Part shown: piece after piece, positions 7,493 to 10,540 of the stretch
Layout: every line of letters begins with the position of its first letter
How positions within the stretch are numbered: position 1 is the stretch's first letter
Assembly: GCF_006345805.1 (NCBI RefSeq)
Contig: NW_021827433.1
Location: 1-10,540 of the forward strand
Source: Octopus sinensis
Lineage: Eukaryota
Length of the DNA: 10,540 nt
Reading direction: 5' to 3'
Translations under genes and position numbers: made by a program
Notes under the pieces: model-generated
Told to the model about the DNA's origin: nothing
What the model saw: the letters and a program-made list of their open reading frames with translations, nothing else
Database searches by the model: none

Positions 7493-7572
7493 CACCTTGG
7501 GCCGACTATAGCCTTGGGCCGACCAAAGCCTTGTGAGTGGATTTGGTAGACGGAAACTGAAAGAAGCCCGTC

Positions 7573-7574
<2 letters not shown>
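7491..7574 (+). mobile_element. SINE family 1 middle segment (CORE-like region up to the internal microsatellite), unit 1 of a tandem pair; tRNA head absent
   Basis: GGCACCTTGGGCCGACTATAGCCTTGGGCCGACCAAAGCCTTGTGAGTGGATTTGGTAGACGGAAACTGAAAGAAGCCCGTCGT matches 6195-6285; preceded by (TA)n. Confidence 0.85.
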
Positions 7575-7606
<32 letters not shown>

Positions 7607-7636
7607 ATATATATATATATAATATATATATATATT

Positions 7637-7717
7637 GGCACCTTGGGCCGACTATAGCCTTGGCCGACCAAAGCCTTGTGAGTGGATTTGGTAGACGGAA
7701 ACTGAAAGAAGCCCGTC

Positions 7718-7719
<2 letters not shown>
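7637..7719 (+). mobile_element. SINE family 1 middle segment, unit 2 of the tandem pair
   Basis: Identical to 7491-7574 except for one missing G; followed by the same (CT)n(TA)n tract. Confidence 0.85.
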
Positions 7720-7768
<49 letters not shown>

Positions 7769-7808
7769 ATATATATATATATAATATATATATATTATAT
7801 ATGTATGT

Positions 7809-8039
7809 ATTTCTTTACTACCCACAAGGGGCTAAACACAGAGGGGACAAACAAGGACAGACATAGGTATTAAGTCGATTACAACGACCCCAGTGCTTAA
7901 CTGGTACTTTATTTATCGCCCCCGAAAGGATGAAAGGCAAAGTCGACCTCGGCGGAATTTGAACTCACAACGTAACGGCAGACGAAATACCGCTAAGCAT
8001 TTCGCCCGGCGTGCTAACATTTCTGCCAACTCGCCGCCT
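7809..8039 (-). mobile_element. SINE family 2, full length, tRNA-derived head
   Basis: Minus strand starts AGGCGGCGAGTTGGCAGAAATGTTAG (A-box-like, 8016-8028), has B-box GAGTTCAAATTCC (7954-7966) and the core TTTGCCTTTCATCCTTTCGGGGGCGATAAATAAAGTACCAGTT shared with 516-662 and 1770-1925. Confidence 0.85.
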
Positions 8040-8049
8040 GAAAGCAACT

Positions 8050-8300
8050 ATATACATATATATATATATATGTATATATATGTGTGTGTGTGTTTTGCGT
8101 CTGTATTTGTCTCCCCGACATCGCTTGACAACTGATGCTGGTGTGTTTACGTCCCCGTTACTTAGCGGTTCGGCAAAAGGGACCGATATGATAAGTACTA
8201 GGCTTACAAAAAATAAGTCCTGGTGTCGATTTGCTCGACTAAAAGGCGGTGCTCCAGCATGGCTGCAGTCAAATGACTGAAACAAGTAAAAAAAGAGAGA
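8050..8300 (+). mobile_element. SINE family 1, 3' half (continuation of the element begun at 7491/7637)
   Basis: (TA)(TG) tract, then CATCGCTTGACAACTGATGCTGGTGTGTTTACGTCCCCG...GGCGGTGCTCCAGCATGGCTGCAGTCAAATGACTGAAACAAGTAAAA, colinear with the reverse complement of 1231-1420. Confidence 0.85.
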
Positions 8301-8306
8301 AATATA

Positions 8307-8696
8307 TGTTGTTGTTATATTTAGGAATGGTCATTTTGCCAGTTAAGCCAATAAAAACACACGCACTATATATTTGGTGTTAATTTGCTTCAGCGTTATT
8401 TATTTTTTACATTAATCTTAATCTTATTTCGGTCAGAGTTCTTTCGTCACACTTCTGTGACCTCATCAGTGGTCCTTTGCTTTCTTCTTTCTTATTTGTG
8501 TGTCTCTCCTTACTAACGGTTAGCAAATTTGTATTTTGTATTCCTATTGTATGTGTGACGAAAGAACTCAGGCCGAAATAAGATTAAGATTAATGTAAAA
8601 AATAAATAACACTGAAGCAAATTAACACCAAATATATAGTGCGTGTATTTTTATTGGCTCAACTGGCAAAATGACCATTCCTAAATACAACAACAT
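8307..8696. repeat. Long inverted repeat: core arms 8319-8452 and 8553-8686 (134 bp), 100-bp spacer; possibly inverted Penelope-like pseudo-LTR
   Basis: 5 mismatches in 134 bp by manual alignment; extends a further 10 bp outward (ATGTTGTTGT/ACAACAACAT) across a 3-nt indel. The Penelope assignment is inference. Confidence 0.9.
8427..8469 (-). ncRNA. Hammerhead-ribozyme-like core (CUGAUGA - stem II - GAAA); stems I and III not convincingly formed
   Basis: Minus strand reads CUGAUGA (8469-8463), GGUCA (8462-8458), 22-nt loop, UGACC (8435-8431), GAAA (8430-8427). I could not build stem I/III around a cleavage triplet. Confidence 0.3.
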
Positions 8697-8739
8697 CTGT
8701 TTCAACACACGATTACACATCAATAATCTTGCAAAACAA

Positions 8740-8771
8740 ATATATAAATATAAATATACATATATATATAT

Positions 8772-8836
<65 letters not shown>

Positions 8837-8840
8837 TATA
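8740..8840. repeat. (TA)n microsatellite
   Basis: Read directly. Confidence 0.95.
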
Positions 8841-8924
8841 TTGTTGTATTTAGGGATGGTCAATATCTGTTTCAACACACGATTTCACATCAAGAATCTT
8901 GAAAAAAAAACAATATATAAACGT

Positions 8925-9561
8925 AACACACACACACACACACACACACACATTATATATATATATATATATGTAGATATGTATGTGTGTGTATGTGTAT
9001 ATGTGTGTGTATGTGTATATGTGTGTGTATGTGTGTGTATGTATGTATGTGTGTATGTATGTATGTATGTATGTATGCATGTATGTATGTGTATATGTGT
9101 GTGTGTATGTGTGTGTATGTATGTATGTGTATATGTGTGTGTGTATGTGTGTGTATGTATGTATGTATGTATGTGTGTATGTATATGTGTGTGTATGTGT
9201 GTGTATATATGTATATATGTATGTATGTATGTATGTTATGTATGTAAGTATGCATGTATGTATGTATATATGTGTGTGTATGTATGTATGTATGTATGTG
9301 TATATGTGTGTGTATGTGTGTTTATGTATGTATGTATGTATGTGTGTATGTATATGTGTGTGTATGTATGTATGTATGTATGTATGTGTATATGTGTGTG
9401 TATGTATGTACGTACGTACGTATGTATGTATGTATGTATGTATGTATGTATGTATGTATGTGTATATGTGTGTGTATGTATGTACGTACGTACGTATGTA
9501 TGTATGTATGTATGTGTGTATGTATGTATGTATGTATGTATGTATGTATGTATGTATGTAT
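8925..9561. repeat. (CA)n-(TA)n followed by a ~590-bp compound (TG)/(TATG)/(TACG) microsatellite
   Basis: Read directly; accounts for all the VCMY/HTYI ORFs between 8841 and 9667. Confidence 0.95.
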
Positions 9562-9572
9562 GGGTTTCAGGA

Positions 9573-9662
9573 AGTTTCCGTCTACGGAAGTCCTCTCACA
9601 AAGCATTGAAGATACTTGCTCAAGATGCCGCACGTTGAGATTGATCTCAGAAGCACATGGTT
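9573..9662 (-). mobile_element. SINE family 1, degraded 5' part with a ~20-nt deletion
   Basis: AGTTTCCGTCTAC..AAGTCCTCTCACAAAGCATTG / AAGATACTTGCTCAAGATGCC..GAGATTGA is colinear with 1481-1590. Confidence 0.6.
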
Positions 9663-9731
9663 CTTAAGCACTGGGATTTACCAAATCATAGCAGAATATC
9701 ATATCAGAAACCACTGGAAGAGCATCTACAC

Positions 9732-9835
9732 GGTGGTTCAACCTGCCAGGAATAGCAGCCAAATCGCCCTCAAGTCACACCGTAACGTCTAAGAAGAGAA
9801 AAAGCACTTTGGATAAAGTGGTCCTGATTCAACCG

Positions 9836-9866
<31 letters not shown>

Positions 9867-9881
9867 TGTGTGTGTGTGTGT

Positions 9882-9917
<36 letters not shown>

Positions 9918-10075
9918 CGTCTAAGAAAAGAAAAGCACTTTGGATAAAGTGGTCCTGATTCAACCGTGTGTGTGTGTATGTGTATGTGTGTGTGTGTATG
10001 TGTGTGTGTATGTGTGTGTGTGTATGTGTGTGTGTATGTGTGTGTGTGTGTGTATGTGTGTGTATGTGTGTGTGT

Positions 10076-10119
<44 letters not shown>

Positions 10120-10198
10120 CAAGAGGAAGAGTACGGAATGGTCACGATTGGAATGCTTTTTCTTCCAACAGAACTGATCTGCAGCCAACCAACAACTT
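9732..10198 (+). mobile_element. Repeat family 3 copy interrupted by (TG)n tracts and a local duplication
   Basis: 9771-9830 resembles 4935-4990, and 10135-10160 (GGAATGGTCACGATTGGAATGCTTTT) resembles 5005-5030 and the reverse complement of 6087-6111, in the same order. Confidence 0.4.
9782..9965. repeat. Tandem duplication of a 52-53-bp unique segment (9782-9834 and 9914-9965) separated and followed by (TG)n
   Basis: GTAACGTCTAAGAA(G/A)AGAAAA(A)GCACTTTGGATAAAGTGGTCCTGATTCAACC; 1 substitution and 1 indel. Confidence 0.9.
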
Positions 10199-10239
10199 AA
10201 TAGAAATAAAAAAATGCACGACTTCCTTTTTCTCCCCCT

Positions 10240-10502
10240 CTATGTATGTGTGTGTGTCTCTCTCCCCCCCTCTCTCTCTCTCTCTCTCAATTTCTCTCTC
10301 TCAATGTCTTCCCTCTCCGCCATCTTTTCTTCCTCTTGATACTTCTTTCCTCCTCTTCGCCTTCCTATTCACTCACCACCCATCCACCCCACCCCCCACA
10401 CACAGTCACGCGTACGAATGTCCTTTCATTCATTCTATATCCTCGTCTTTCTCACTCTAACTTTCTCTCCTTCATACACACACACACACACACACACACA
10501 CA
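10240..10502. repeat. Pyrimidine-rich low-complexity region with (CT)n and terminal (CA)n
   Basis: Read directly. Confidence 0.85.
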
Positions 10503-10540
10503 TTCCGTTTCTTCCAAATATCTTTCTCTGATTCGTATTT

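Noticed and set aside
7491-7719. Repeat-spacer-repeat pattern suggestive of CRISPR (also 9782-9965)
   Set aside because: Only two units, repeats too long, and spacers are microsatellites; the context is eukaryotic with no cas genes.
8841-9667. Long ORFs of 100-265 aa (VCMY/HTYI repeats)
   Set aside because: Translations of (TG)/(TATG) microsatellite, which lacks stop codons in most frames; no protein-like composition.

Overview
AT-rich, microsatellite-dense, non-coding eukaryotic DNA made almost entirely of transposable-element debris. The SINE families look like those I associate with octopus/cephalopod genomes; that is an inference from recognition, not a database result. No intact protein-coding gene is supported, and the supplied ORFs are microsatellite or antisense-TE artefacts. 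From left to right: (1) a frameshifted, 5'-truncated R4/Dong-like non-LTR retrotransposon fragment (CCHC knuckle + RHD) abutting a (TAA)n tract; (2) many copies of two tRNA-headed SINE families plus a weaker third repeat family; (3) a 923-bp internally deleted mariner element with TA target duplication and a 155-bp internal inverted duplication of its transposase 3' end; (4) a 397-bp non-autonomous Helitron with all canonical termini; (5) a 145-bp MITE with GG-ended TIRs and an exact 8-bp target duplication (Merlin-like); (6) a SINE nested in another SINE's internal microsatellite; (7) a 134-bp-arm fold-back next to a hammerhead-like CUGAUGA/stem/GAAA core (Penelope-like); (8) three microsatellite-bounded tandem duplications. 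The most notable structures are the two long near-perfect fold-backs, which could yield dsRNA. I see no clearly new biological system, only unusual TE-derived architectures worth testing.
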